Notes: generated by a model from the letters alone, not told the origin. Positions 1 to 10,066 are shown, numbered from the stretch's first letter. The stretch is DNA of 26,614 bases from Candidatus Hodarchaeota archaeon (GCA_029856365.1 JAHQWW010000043.1:1-26614), one strand, 5' to 3'. A program made the numbers and translations.

Positions 1-408
1 TGTTGATCCAGTATAATATCCAATTCCCACCCGACCTAGTTGTTCACATAATTCACTCCATGAAATCCCGATCTCAACTGTAACAATTCGATTTTCCTCA
101 TCAATATCCAATATATTATTCATACGAGTCATATCTAATACTATTCCCCCTTTTCCGATGGGTTTCGCACCTCCAGTTAAATCTGCTCCATTACCTCTCG
201 GGATTATCTTAACGCTATACTTATTTGCTGCTTTTAAAATCTCAGAAACTTCATTTGGGCTTCCCGGTCTTACCACAATATCTGGGATTCCCTGTAAGAT
301 CATATCGCAATTCATCGAATAGGAATAACAAACTGGTTCTGAATCCGTGACATATTTCGTTCCAACAATATCTTCAATCCGTCCGTAAATATTTTGAATT
401 TCGTTCAT
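1..408 (-). CDS. FAD-binding PCMH-type oxidoreductase (GlcD/D-lactate dehydrogenase-like), N-terminal part running off the window edge
   Basis: Manual translation from ATG 408: MNEIQNIYGRIEDIVGTKYV...PDIVVRPGSPNEVSEILKAANKYSVKIIPRGNGADLTGGAKP...GIVLDMTRMNNILDIDEENRIVTVEIG, typical FAD_binding_4 motifs. Absent from the ORF track because it has no stop in the window. Confidence 0.9.
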   Translation of the reverse strand, partial: MNEIQNIYGRIEDIVGTKYVTDSEPVCYSYSMNCDMILQGIPDIVVRPGSPNEVSEILKAANKYSVKIIPRGNGADLTGGAKPIGKGGIVLDMTRMNNILDIDEENRIVTVEIGISWSELCEQLGRVGIGYYTGST

Positions 409-452
409 ATTCGTTTCATTTCTTTTTCCGATTACTAATAAATTAGATAGTC

Positions 453-468
453 ATATTTATAAATTTTC
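453..468 (-). promoter_or_regulatory. Archaeal BRE/TATA promoter for the FAD oxidoreductase
   Basis: Minus strand reads GAAAATTTATAAATAT about 45-60 nt upstream of the ATG. Confidence 0.5.
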
Positions 469-497
469 TAAGTTCGTATAATAAACTTTTTTTCTGA

Positions 498-1226
498 AAT
501 AGATTAGTATTAAAAAATAGTCTTTTAAATTCTTTAATCTTTTTTGTAATTTTGATTCTTCTAATAAATCCACTGTTTGATGAGGTTCTCTATCGGCGGA
601 CAATAATCCCTTTACTTGAAGATCGTGGCTGTCCTCCCATTCTTGCTGTCATACTTGCGAGTATTGGTCATGGGATGACTTTTCTACCTTCGTTTGTTCT
701 CTCGAGTCTCTTTACAAATAATATGTTTGACATAATTAATTTCACAATTTACAGTTTTTTTTCAGGATTAATTTACATTTTTACCCGTCGAATTCTTTAT
801 TCGTATATATTTGCGGTAAGTTATAGTAGTTATCAGGCAGTCATTGCACTAAATTTTCATTTTTTAGACATTAACTTAGAATTTATCTTTAATCTTGGGC
901 AGATTGTTTTTATAATATTGAGTATAGGAATTACTCTTGTTCTAGTTGTTGATCTAATTAATAAAAAATCAGCTAAAAGATGGATACGTATCATCAAAGA
1001 ACCCTCAGAATCAAACCTTAAAAAAGGAATTGTTGGATTTTTTGGTATAATATTTGTTTTGATTGCTTCACAAGCATTATTTGTAAAGATAGGACGAATT
1101 CTAACTAATAATAATCCAGAAGTGACGAATATTTATTCTTATTATCCTTTTATAATCTGGTTCTATCTCATTGCTTTCACAATTCCTTTTTTCCTGACCA
1201 TTACTACAGAATATGCAAAAAGCTAA
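498..1226 (+). pseudogene. CPBP/CAAX (Abi) intramembrane protease-like membrane protein, probably 5'-truncated
   Basis: NPLFDEVLYRR (degenerate EExxxR) and a downstream IGH motif, followed by several TM helices. The frame is open from 498 with only a TTG at 552, no RBS, and starts almost at motif 1. Confidence 0.55.
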
Positions 1227-1351
1227 CTAACCTATATAAATAAAGGAGCGTATTTTGGCCTAAAAATCCTTCATCAACAGGGTCAAGAAAACTGAGTAAG
1301 TATACCATGATAACATTTCTATCACCATCATCATAGTATGGAGTCTCCATT

Positions 1352-1495
1352 AATCTGGTAGAACTAGGTACAATGATATCTAATAAAAAACTCCAGAGAG
1401 CAACAGATGATGAAATTACCGTTGTCGATTTAACTGGTGTTGCAGTCCAAGACATGCAGATTTCAAAAGCGGTGTATGAAGGGTCAAAATATTAG
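1352..1495 (+). pseudogene. C-terminal stub of an ornithine cyclodeaminase/mu-crystallin family gene
   Basis: Translates NLVELGTMISNKKLQRATDDEITVVDLTGVAVQDMQISKAVYEGSKY*. The ELG...R..D.EIT..D.TG.A.QD pattern is the family's C-terminal signature. In-frame TAG at 1334-1336 upstream. Confidence 0.85.
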
Positions 1496-1540
1496 AATAT
1501 TCGAAAGAAAATTTCAAAATCTGTCTTATGAGGAAAGAAA

Positions 1541-2653
1541 ATGAGAATTGAACCTTTCGAGCTCGAGAGGAGACAATCAGTTTGGGAAAATAGAGTAAAA
1601 TATAATTTGACTGAAAGTGGAGTTCATCCTTACACTCTTGAAGAACTGCTTGAAAAAGAAGAGCTTGAAGAATTATTGACTATTAGACTCGGTTATGGTC
1701 AAACAAATGGATCTATCGAGCTCCGAGAAGTAATCAGCCATTTATATCCAGGAACAGATCTGGATAATATCTTGGTGACAAATGGTTCAGCTGAGGCGAA
1801 CTTTCTAGGCATTTGGAGTAACCTAGAACTAAAAGATGAGCTAATTTTCATGTTACCTAATTATATGCAAATCTGGGGAATTGCCCGTTCCTTTGGAATA
1901 ACAGTCGCCCCATTTCATTTGAAAGAGGAATTAAATTGGCAACCAGATATCGAAGAGCTAAAAGCTTTGATATCACCCAAAACAAAAATTATAGCGATTT
2001 GTAATCCAAATAATCCTACAGGTGCTGTACTAAGGGAAGATACAATGCAAGAGATAGCTGGATTAGCAAAGAAAGCAAATGCATGGATTTTTTCTGATGA
2101 AATATATCGAGGTGCTGAATTAAATGGAGAAGAAACTCCTAGTTTTTGGGGTCTTCATGATAAGGTGATAATTAGTTGTGGGCTTTCCAAAGCCTACGCT
2201 CTTCCAGGGTTGAGAATCGGATGGCTGGTTGGTCCTAAGAAAACCATCGAGAAAATGTGGGGATACCATGATTATACATCAATTACTACTGGGATCTTAA
2301 GCAATCGAATAGCTGCATTAGTCTTGCAGCCTGAAATAAGACAACAGGTTTTAAATCGCAATCGAAGGATTATAAGAGAGAATTTAGCAATATTAACAGA
2401 ATGGGTAGTAACCCATGCAGATGTTTTCCAATTTATTCCTCCTCAGGCTGGCGGAATTGCTTTTCTGAAATATAACATAAGTATAAATTCAACAGCACTT
2501 ACTACTAAATTACGAGAAGAAAAAAGTGTATTCATTGTTGCTGGTGATTGTTTCGGAATGGATCAGTATGTTCGTATTGGAATAGGATCAGAGAAAAAGA
2601 ATCTGTTAGCTGGTTTAAAACTCATTGATGAAACATTAGAAGAACTAAAATGA
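1541..2653 (+). CDS. PLP-dependent class I/II (aspartate/aromatic-type) aminotransferase
   Basis: NPNNPTG, DEIY and SKAYALPGLRIGW (PLP lysine) motifs; GAGGA RBS. Confidence 0.93.
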   Translation: MRIEPFELERRQSVWENRVKYNLTESGVHPYTLEELLEKEELEELLTIRLGYGQTNGSIELREVISHLYPGTDLDNILVTNGSAEANFLGIWSNLELKDELIFMLPNYMQIWGIARSFGITVAPFHLKEELNWQPDIEELKALISPKTKIIAICNPNNPTGAVLREDTMQEIAGLAKKANAWIFSDEIYRGAELNGEETPSFWGLHDKVIISCGLSKAYALPGLRIGWLVGPKKTIEKMWGYHDYTSITTGILSNRIAALVLQPEIRQQVLNRNRRIIRENLAILTEWVVTHADVFQFIPPQAGGIAFLKYNISINSTALTTKLREEKSVFIVAGDCFGMDQYVRIGIGSEKKNLLAGLKLIDETLEELK

Positions 2654-2677
2654 GGAAATTTATTCCTTATTTATTTT

Positions 2678-3457
2678 TCATACCCAATAATAACATTTAT
2701 ACGGTTGGAGGTCAGAATATCCCAGTTTAAGGGCAAATTTTCTGGAAATCTCAGTATCAGCATCCCAATGAGGCTCAATACCATTTTTCAAACAATATTC
2801 GATGAGTTCAATTGCTACTCGTGTTGCAAACCCTTTCCTTCGATATTTTGGGGAATCCACTGTGTCAACCTGAATTTCGAGACTCGTTTTAAAAGGAACT
2901 AATGAAGAAGCTATACTGATTACAGTAGAGTCATTCTTAATGCAATATCCTCTTCCAGAAACTAGAAAATGTTCTGGATCGCCAAAGAATAAATGAACAT
3001 AATATCCGATGGAATTTTTTATTTGATTCAGAACTTTAATATCGATCTTCTGTAAATAATATTGATCAGGAAGTTCCAGTTTTAGATTACGTATATGATC
3101 TATAGTAACAGTTGAAGCAGAAACAGCATATCGGTTGAAACTTCTGAGTTTGGGTCCAAAATAGGTCTTTAAGTGTTGAACCCATGATTTTCGATTAGGA
3201 ATAAAGATTGTTTGTTTAGGAGAGATTTTAGCTAAGATATTGTTTATATTAGATGAATCAGGAGATCCTGCTAAAATATAGATTCCAGGAATTGTAAAAA
3301 GAGATAAAGAAGGCTTATTAGGGTTATCTACAAAAATTTCTCCTACCGAGAGTTCTGGAATCGCTTCGATTATATTTCTAAGACGTTGGTGATTATCATA
3401 TAAATGAAGAATTGAATTAAATTGAGAATTAGGGACTTTTATAACCATAAAGTGCAC
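2678..3457 (-). CDS. GNAT family N-acetyltransferase
   Basis: C-terminal YRRKGFAT acetyl-CoA motif A, then PHWDA...SRKFALKLGY. The true start may be ATG 3448 (AGGTG upstream). Confidence 0.88.
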   Translation of the reverse strand: MHFMVIKVPNSQFNSILHLYDNHQRLRNIIEAIPELSVGEIFVDNPNKPSLSLFTIPGIYILAGSPDSSNINNILAKISPKQTIFIPNRKSWVQHLKTYFGPKLRSFNRYAVSASTVTIDHIRNLKLELPDQYYLQKIDIKVLNQIKNSIGYYVHLFFGDPEHFLVSGRGYCIKNDSTVISIASSLVPFKTSLEIQVDTVDSPKYRRKGFATRVAIELIEYCLKNGIEPHWDADTEISRKFALKLGYSDLQPYKCYYWV

Positions 3458-3640
3458 CTAGCTGATTAATTCATAATTGTTCTCCTTTTGAAGTCTTATT
3501 CCTCAATTCAAAGAAAAGATTAATTGAAGTTTTAAATAATCAATAAAATTGTTTCTTTCCACTTTATTAGATTTATAGAAACGTAAGAGTCAAAAATCAT
3601 TGCTTAAACTTAAAAAAAATCCTATAGGCGGAGATGGCTC

Positions 3641-4519
3641 ATGGAAATCGATTCAAGATATGTTGGAACCTGTTTAAAAGAATACAAATGTCAAATAAAT
3701 TGGCGGGAAACAATGAACTATGCAGCAGCTATCGATGACAATAATGAACATTATTTTGATGATGAACGAGAGGACGGTATAGTAGCCCCACCTATGTTTG
3801 CGGTAGCTGTAACTTGGCCAATCATTGAGAACCTTTCCGAGTACATAATCGCCGATGATTTCCCCTTAGATGTAATGATGACTATAGTTCACTATACTGA
3901 GTACCTGAAGATCCATCGATTAATGAAACCTGGTGATGAATTAAGAATTAATAGCAAGATTGCGGCTATTTTACCACATCGAGCAGGAACTCATGTTATT
4001 CTCCAGCTAGAAGCATTTGATAAAAAGAATGATCCAGTATATACGCAATATCATGGCGGAATGCTTCGTGGGGTTGAATGCATTGATGAGGGTAGAGGAA
4101 GAGATCTAATTCCCCAAGTCCCGTTTAGTGAAGATGATACAGATCCATTATGGGAAGAGACCATTCCCATTGACTCTTTAAGATCCTATATTTATGATGG
4201 TTGTACTGGAATTACATTTCCGATTCACACTTCAAAAGAATTTGCTCATCAGCTTGGTTTTCCAGGGATCATCATGCAAGGTACAGCAACCCTTGCTTAT
4301 GCAGTGAGAGAATTAATAAACAAAGAAGCTGAGGGAAATCCTTTGAAAATAAAAGAGATTGCTTGTAAATTAACTAGCATGGTTATACCTGGAACTAATA
4401 TTCGAGTAGTCTTGAATAAGAAGCTAAAAGTAAAAAAGGAGATAGATTTACTTTTTACTGTCTTTAACGAGAGGAAAAAGAGAGCTATCAGTGAGGGTTA
4501 TGTTCAATTAGAGGAATAA
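3641..4519 (+). CDS. Double-hotdog MaoC-family dehydratase-like protein
   Basis: N-terminal YAAAIDDNN...APPMFAV; C-terminal PIHTSKEFAHQLGFPGIIMQG...VIPG; GGAG RBS. Confidence 0.85.
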   Translation: MEIDSRYVGTCLKEYKCQINWRETMNYAAAIDDNNEHYFDDEREDGIVAPPMFAVAVTWPIIENLSEYIIADDFPLDVMMTIVHYTEYLKIHRLMKPGDELRINSKIAAILPHRAGTHVILQLEAFDKKNDPVYTQYHGGMLRGVECIDEGRGRDLIPQVPFSEDDTDPLWEETIPIDSLRSYIYDGCTGITFPIHTSKEFAHQLGFPGIIMQGTATLAYAVRELINKEAEGNPLKIKEIACKLTSMVIPGTNIRVVLNKKLKVKKEIDLLFTVFNERKKRAISEGYVQLEE

Positions 4520-4579
4520 ACTACAAGAAGGAATGGGATAATTAGTAGAAATCAAGAGGATTATAATAAAAGTGTTTTC

Positions 4580-5065
4580 TCAAATTTCTCCGTTGCATTG
4601 GGAGTAATTTGGGCATTTCCTTCTGTATTGATGAAGTAGAGCTAACTGGTTTTCTGTTTCTGGGCATTCTTCACCTAATACTCTGTGAATGATCTTTAGT
4701 ACCTCTCTTGATGAGTATCCATGAGTCACTAGAAATAATCCAATCATCGTTCCCGTTCGGCCACAACCAGCAATACAATGCGTCAAAACGGCCTGTTCCT
4801 GTTGTAATGTTTCACATACGATTTGTAAGTAATGTTTAATAGTATCTAGTGAAGGAATGCCAAAATCAGGTACAGGAAAACGTTCGAACCTTATTCCACT
4901 CGCCTTCAATTGTTCCTTTAGACTATTAGGTAATCCTTGAGATGTAAGATTCACAACAAGCATTATATTCAAATCAGGCAGGCTGATAAGTTCCTTAGAG
5001 AGGGGGAAAGGGCTGCCAGCTATTTTTCCTGGAATAATCCATTTGATTATTTGGTTTATTGACAT
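4580..5065 (-). CDS. Dual-specificity protein phosphatase (Cdc14/PTP superfamily)
   Basis: HCIAGCGRTG (CX5R) active-site loop, PVPDFGIP acid loop, ETENQ Q-loop. Confidence 0.92.
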   Translation of the reverse strand: MSINQIIKWIIPGKIAGSPFPLSKELISLPDLNIMLVVNLTSQGLPNSLKEQLKASGIRFERFPVPDFGIPSLDTIKHYLQIVCETLQQEQAVLTHCIAGCGRTGTMIGLFLVTHGYSSREVLKIIHRVLGEECPETENQLALLHQYRRKCPNYSQCNGEI

Positions 5066-5086
5066 AAATCTCCCAGTTTGATAAAA

Positions 5087-5965
5087 TTAGCTAATGATTG
5101 AGGGTGAATTTGAATTAATAAAGCCAATTACTTGATTACTATAATCTGGATGCTCTTCAATGTTGTAATGATTTGTCTCGTCGGGTATCCACACTTTACT
5201 GTGTATAATCTCTTTTTGTAATAAAGTGGTATATTTGGATGGTAAGATTTCATCATCTTTTCCATGAATCAATAAAGTAGGGACAGTTATGCGTGATGCA
5301 GCTTCTAATGGAGAGAATTCTTGTCTAGAATGTTTTCTAAATTTAATTAGAGTAAGTAATGTTATACCTGGCATTAAAAGTGGTGTAAACCATTTCAGGA
5401 CTGGTCCATAAACATATTTAAGACTGTGAGGGAAAGCATAGGGTGATGCTTCTGCTATTACAGCTTTAACTAGGGGATTTCGGGCTGCTACTATCAATGT
5501 AGCTCCGGCACCAATTGAATGACCAGTAATTATTACTGGTTTACCCCACCAGTTGACACAAGAATCAAGGTCTTGACTAAATCGCACAATATTCATTCCT
5601 GTGATTTCTTTATCGGAATTACCATGATCTCTTACAGAAAATAAAATGGTTGTATATCCGTGATAACCATAGGTTCTAGCCCGAGAAATCATTCGTCCTC
5701 TATTTCTTCCCCAACCATGGATCAATATTATTGCAGGCTTCTGGCTTTTACTTTCGTCACTTACTTCTATTGGGTAAACTACCCAACACTCCATACTTTT
5801 TCCATTGAATGTGGGTACTTTGAATTCTTTTACTACCCCCCAATCAGGATAATCATCAACAGATCTTCTTGGAAAATTCGCTAATATAAGAATAATACTC
5901 AAGTCAATTAGAAAATAACCAAAAATAATGACACCTGACAAAATTATTATGTGAATAATTGTCAC
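5087..5965 (-). CDS. Membrane-anchored alpha/beta hydrolase
   Basis: N-terminal TM helix, HGWG oxyanion motif, GHSIG nucleophile elbow, HGKDD acid residue and C-terminal His. Confidence 0.9.
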   Translation of the reverse strand: MTIIHIIILSGVIIFGYFLIDLSIILILANFPRRSVDDYPDWGVVKEFKVPTFNGKSMECWVVYPIEVSDESKSQKPAIILIHGWGRNRGRMISRARTYGYHGYTTILFSVRDHGNSDKEITGMNIVRFSQDLDSCVNWWGKPVIITGHSIGAGATLIVAARNPLVKAVIAEASPYAFPHSLKYVYGPVLKWFTPLLMPGITLLTLIKFRKHSRQEFSPLEAASRITVPTLLIHGKDDEILPSKYTTLLQKEIIHSKVWIPDETNHYNIEEHPDYSNQVIGFINSNSPSIIS

Positions 5966-6054
5966 TATGAGTCCTCATTATGGAAGAACTTAACTAATAT
6001 TCTTTACTTATTGACTAGTATATGAGAGATGATGGGAAATGCTTATTTCTCTCA

Positions 6055-6279
6055 TTAATTATGTTTCTTCAATTTTTCAATAAATAATTCCTTCAATAGA
6101 TAGTAAGGAAGGTCTCCACTTTACAGAATGGTGTCGTGGGAGAATTTCAGACTAAATTTATTATATAATTTCTCTTTTCCTTCGTGATGAAGATCTTCTA
6201 TAAGGAATTTCCCTATTAAATAAGATAGGGCCTGACTTGGTGATGTAGTATATCGTTTTACCTCTGCTTTAGCTGCATT
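6055..6279 (-). pseudogene. C-terminal stub of a DUF885 family gene with an internal stop
   Basis: Translates NAAKAEVKRYTTSPSQALSYLIGKFLIEDLHHEGKEKLYNKFSLKFSHDTIL*SGDLPYYLLKELFIEKLKKHN*. EV.RY...P.QALSY..G and F.LK..HD.IL..G.LP match the DUF885 C-terminus. TAA at 6121-6123. Confidence 0.85.
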
Positions 6280-6280
6280 C

Positions 6281-8377
6281 TTACAAAGCTATCTCAAACT
6301 TCTCTTTTAAGAAAATGTCTTTTGATGAACCACCCAAGAATAATCTGAACTCACCCTGTTCTACCTTCCAAGATTGGTCAGTACAATCATAAAATGCTAA
6401 TTCTTTAATTTTTATAGGGATTTTAACTGTCTTTGTTTCATTTGGGGAAACTGAAACCTTTTCAAAACCTACTAACTCTTTTAGGGGCCTTTCAACAACA
6501 CATTCAAGATCCTGTGCATATACTTGGATGACTTCAGAACCGAGACAATTACTTACATTAGTTATATCTAAAGATACAGTTATTGTTTCATCTTTGGTGT
6601 ATTTTGTTTTATTTACCTGGAGGTTATCATAAATAAAATTAGAATAAGAAAGACCATAACCAAATGGAAAGAGAGGTTCTATATTCTCTTTTTCAAAAAA
6701 ACGATAACCAACAAAAATACCTTCATTGTAGTAGACTTTCAAGTTCTCCCCAGGAAATGTTTTGGTAGAACTATGCGCAGGTGAGTCTAATAGTTTCTTT
6801 GGAAAAGTTATTGGTAATTTTCCAGAAGGATTAATATCACCAAATAGAATATTAGCAATTGCATGACCACCTTCCATCCCAGGATACCAAGCTTCAAGAA
6901 TAACAGGAACTTGTTCCAACCAACTATTCATGGCAATTGGACTACCATTTAGAAGAACTACTATTGTATTTGGATTGTCTTGTACTGTTTGATTAATTAG
7001 ATTAACTTGGTCTTTGGGTAATTCAAGCTGATTTCGATCTATTCCTTCACTATCATTCCCAGTTGCAATTTTCTTATCATTACTCTCCCCTCTTACTAGT
7101 TTCTTATTACTATCGTGATTTAGACCAGCAAATATAATTGCATAATCAGCTTTCGTAGGATCAGTAGTAATTTGAACTTTATTCTTACATTTTTTCTTCA
7201 ATCCTTTAAGAGGAGTAATTTCGTACGGAGGTTTAACTGCAGAACTACCACCATAAAGCCATTTACCAAATTTTTTATTTCGATTGGGTCCAATAATTGC
7301 TAATGTACTGATTTTTGATATATCAAGGGGAAGTGTGTTGGTATCATTTTTTAATAACACCATTCCTTCTTCAGCCATTCGTCTTGCTAATTTTTGATGG
7401 TCTGGGGTGTTTCGTTTTCCTTGAGGGAGAGTACTTTCATTATCAAAAAGACCAACCAAAAACATAACGCGTAAAAGCCTTCTTACAATAGTATTTAGTT
7501 CTTCTTCAGAGAGTTTTTGCTCATTTAAAGCACGATGCAACGATTTAGGATGATACACTTTAGCCCTAGGCATTTCAAGAGAAACACCTGCCAAGATGCA
7601 CTCTTCTATTGAGACTGGAGGATTGGCACGTGAGAAGGCCCACCAATCTGAAACAATAAACCCCTTAAAATTCCATTTATCCCAAAGAGTATTTCGAAGT
7701 AATGCTTTGTTAGCGAATAAATATTGTCCATTAACTTTATTGTATGATGTCATAATCATCCAAGGATCTGCTTCTTTTATCAACTCCATGAATGCTCTAA
7801 GATAAATTTCGTGAAGTGTTCGTTCACCAATTTCGGCACTAACTGTAAAACGATTTGTTTCTTGGTTATTAGCCACATAGTGTTTAGGACAAGCCGCAAT
7901 ACGTTGGCTTTGAACTCCTTTAACATAGGGAATTGCCAATTCTTTCGTTAAATATGGATCTTCGCTTAAGTATTCAAAAGTTCGGCCATTTAAGGGAGTT
8001 CTATCAATATTTATTCCTGGTGCTAGGATAGCATGTCTCCCGATCACCCGAGCCTCTTTTCCAACAGCCTTGCCGAATTCATAGGCAAGCTGGCGATTGA
8101 AGGAAGAAGCGAGGCAAATCCCTCCTGGAAAGCGAGTATTTTTGCGAAGAAAACTCGTATGCATTGAAATACCGAGTGGTCCATCAGTCATTTTAAATGG
8201 TCTTATACCTAACCTTTTAATAGAGTGAGTTTGAAAAAATCGGTTACCTGCAAGTAGTTTGATCTTCTCATCAATTGTTAAACGATTTAACAGATCATCG
8301 ACTCTTGTTTCAATGTCCAAAATTATATTTCTAAACGGAAGAGTTGCTAATTCTTGTTTACTGTGTTTTTGAGCCAT
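6281..8377 (-). CDS. GH3 beta-glucosidase (cytoplasmic, C-terminal Fn3-like domain)
   Basis: TDGPLG, GRTFEYLSEDP, KH motif, SDW nucleophile, VLLKN, WYPGMEGG, PFGYGLSY. Confidence 0.95.
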   Translation of the reverse strand: MAQKHSKQELATLPFRNIILDIETRVDDLLNRLTIDEKIKLLAGNRFFQTHSIKRLGIRPFKMTDGPLGISMHTSFLRKNTRFPGGICLASSFNRQLAYEFGKAVGKEARVIGRHAILAPGINIDRTPLNGRTFEYLSEDPYLTKELAIPYVKGVQSQRIAACPKHYVANNQETNRFTVSAEIGERTLHEIYLRAFMELIKEADPWMIMTSYNKVNGQYLFANKALLRNTLWDKWNFKGFIVSDWWAFSRANPPVSIEECILAGVSLEMPRAKVYHPKSLHRALNEQKLSEEELNTIVRRLLRVMFLVGLFDNESTLPQGKRNTPDHQKLARRMAEEGMVLLKNDTNTLPLDISKISTLAIIGPNRNKKFGKWLYGGSSAVKPPYEITPLKGLKKKCKNKVQITTDPTKADYAIIFAGLNHDSNKKLVRGESNDKKIATGNDSEGIDRNQLELPKDQVNLINQTVQDNPNTIVVLLNGSPIAMNSWLEQVPVILEAWYPGMEGGHAIANILFGDINPSGKLPITFPKKLLDSPAHSSTKTFPGENLKVYYNEGIFVGYRFFEKENIEPLFPFGYGLSYSNFIYDNLQVNKTKYTKDETITVSLDITNVSNCLGSEVIQVYAQDLECVVERPLKELVGFEKVSVSPNETKTVKIPIKIKELAFYDCTDQSWKVEQGEFRLFLGGSSKDIFLKEKFEIAL

Positions 8378-8497
8378 TAATCTTACTCCAGTGGTCTTAT
8401 TTGGATTTACAGTGAGGATTTAAAAGATGAAGTTCTATTCTAAGATTTGGCACTAGTTATGATGATTGATTAAAAGTATGATAAGAATATAGTAAAT

Positions 8498-9522
8498 CTA
8501 GGTTATATGAGTAATAATTTCTTCTATTTCAGGAATAGTCAGTCCAGATTTGATATTTACTAATTTTAACACTTTCCTATATGCTGGTATGTATTGTTTC
8601 ATGGCTTCTCTTGTTTCATCTCTCATCCCCATTTCACCTACTCCAGAACTTAAAGAAACAGATAGATCGAAAAGTCTCCTTAAACAAGCTAAAACCTCAA
8701 AATATTCGATATTAGGAACTTTAGAGCCATAGAGATTTTGATAAATGTTCAAAACATCATTTCGAAACTCTGAAGAAATGTGTGCCTCACATAACACCAA
8801 AGTCCAACCTAAATCGATACGAAAATCCTTAATACTTAACCTATGCCAATCTATTACATATGTTTTATTTTCAGCAGTTATTAAAATGTTGTTTGGATGA
8901 AAATCTCCATGAAAAATTGAAAGATATTTAGCAGACATTTCAGGGATATCGTCGAGCCATTCTATTATTGGGAAAAACTCCTCCTTTTTGAAATGTTTAA
9001 TATTTCGTCTGAACAGGAAAAGGTAATCAAGTAATAGGTGTTTGGATTCTTCTGATCAAGAGAAAAATCAATATTTAGCGTATTCCAGTTTAACCTGTGA
9101 AGAACATTAAAAAGGTTACAAAATAAATACATCAAATCGGAAAATTCATCCCTAGATGCTGCTTGCATCCTCTGCCCTAACGATTGACCATTAATCCTTT
9201 CCATGATGATGAAAGGTCTACCAAGATAAGAGGATTCTGTTCCACAAAAATATGGAAAAGGGACAGGATAATTAATTTGATGTAACTTTGATAATGTCTG
9301 GAATTCATTTTTTGCACTCATAGTGGCATATTTTCCAGAGTATAGTCGTAAAATCAGATTTTTTCTTATATCCGCTCTCAATTCTCGATATTCAAGTGTG
9401 AAAGAATGAATATCAGTCTCCCACCCTGTAGTAATATCTTTAAGATCTAAAACACGAATATTTTCTTTATCAGATAATTTCTCACGTAGAAACGCTTCTA
9501 TTGCTTCTTCCATTGAATACAT
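8498..9522 (-). pseudogene. APH/choline-kinase-like phosphotransferase split by a 1-nt frameshift near 9033
   Basis: The upstream ORF has GWET, LILRLY and PFIIMERING; the downstream ORF has HGDFHPNN and VIDW. The second frame is open back to LLDYLFLFRR...IIEWLDD. Restoring one T (TAT TTA CTT) joins them. Confidence 0.85.
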
Positions 9523-9687
9523 GAATTCATTACCACATTGTAATATTCAAAAAAAAGGAATTCAATTTATCACCTCTTGGGTACAATCATGAATAAAAAT
9601 AATCCTGATATTTTAGAAATAAAATACCTTACCCCTTTTAAGAATAGTCCAAAATACTAAACTGAAAAAGCCCATTTCCCTCTTAGT

Positions 9688-9897
9688 TCATTTATAAAAG
9701 AAAATTAAATCTTTTTTATCCTCTTGCTCAGTTATGACTCCGATTAGATCATGACTTATTATATGATGGTTTAAATAACATCGTTCGTGTATTAATTTAT
9801 AACATTGATCGCAACGTATAACTAAAACGAAACCATAATGATCTCTCTTTAGTAAAAGCTTACCACAGACAATACAAAATCGGGGGTCATCCTTCAT
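9688..9897 (-). CDS. Small cross-brace-type zinc-finger protein (PHD/C1-like)
   Basis: C-x2-C-x17-C-x2-C-x4-H-x2-C-x3-HH-x3-H; GGTGA RBS directly after the upstream stop. Confidence 0.75.
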   Translation of the reverse strand: MKDDPRFCIVCGKLLLKRDHYGFVLVIRCDQCYKLIHERCYLNHHIISHDLIGVITEQEDKKDLIFFYK

Positions 9898-9906
9898 AGC
9901 TTCACC

Positions 9907-10032
9907 TTATTGAACTACATCAGGGTTTAAATCTACCTGTCTTTTGGTATCTAATTCTCTTTCAAGTTTTTTATCACAATTTACACATTGACCATGTTCA
10001 TTTAATACTGTACCACAGGATTCACAGAACAT
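9907..10032 (-). CDS. 41-aa zinc-ribbon microprotein
   Basis: MFCESCGTVLNEHGQCVNCDKKLERELDTKRQVDLNPDVVQ*: two CxxC motifs, AAGGAGG RBS upstream. Below the ORF-track size cutoff. Confidence 0.75.
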   Translation of the reverse strand: MFCESCGTVLNEHGQCVNCDKKLERELDTKRQVDLNPDVVQ

Positions 10033-10066
10033 CTTTCAACAAACCTCCTTTTTCTGTCTCAAACTC

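Noticed and set aside
1204-1455. 83-aa minus-strand ORF
   Set aside because: Its first third is antisense to the ornithine cyclodeaminase stub. The rest (ETPYYDDGDRNVIMVY...DPVDEGFLG) may be another remnant but cannot be assigned.
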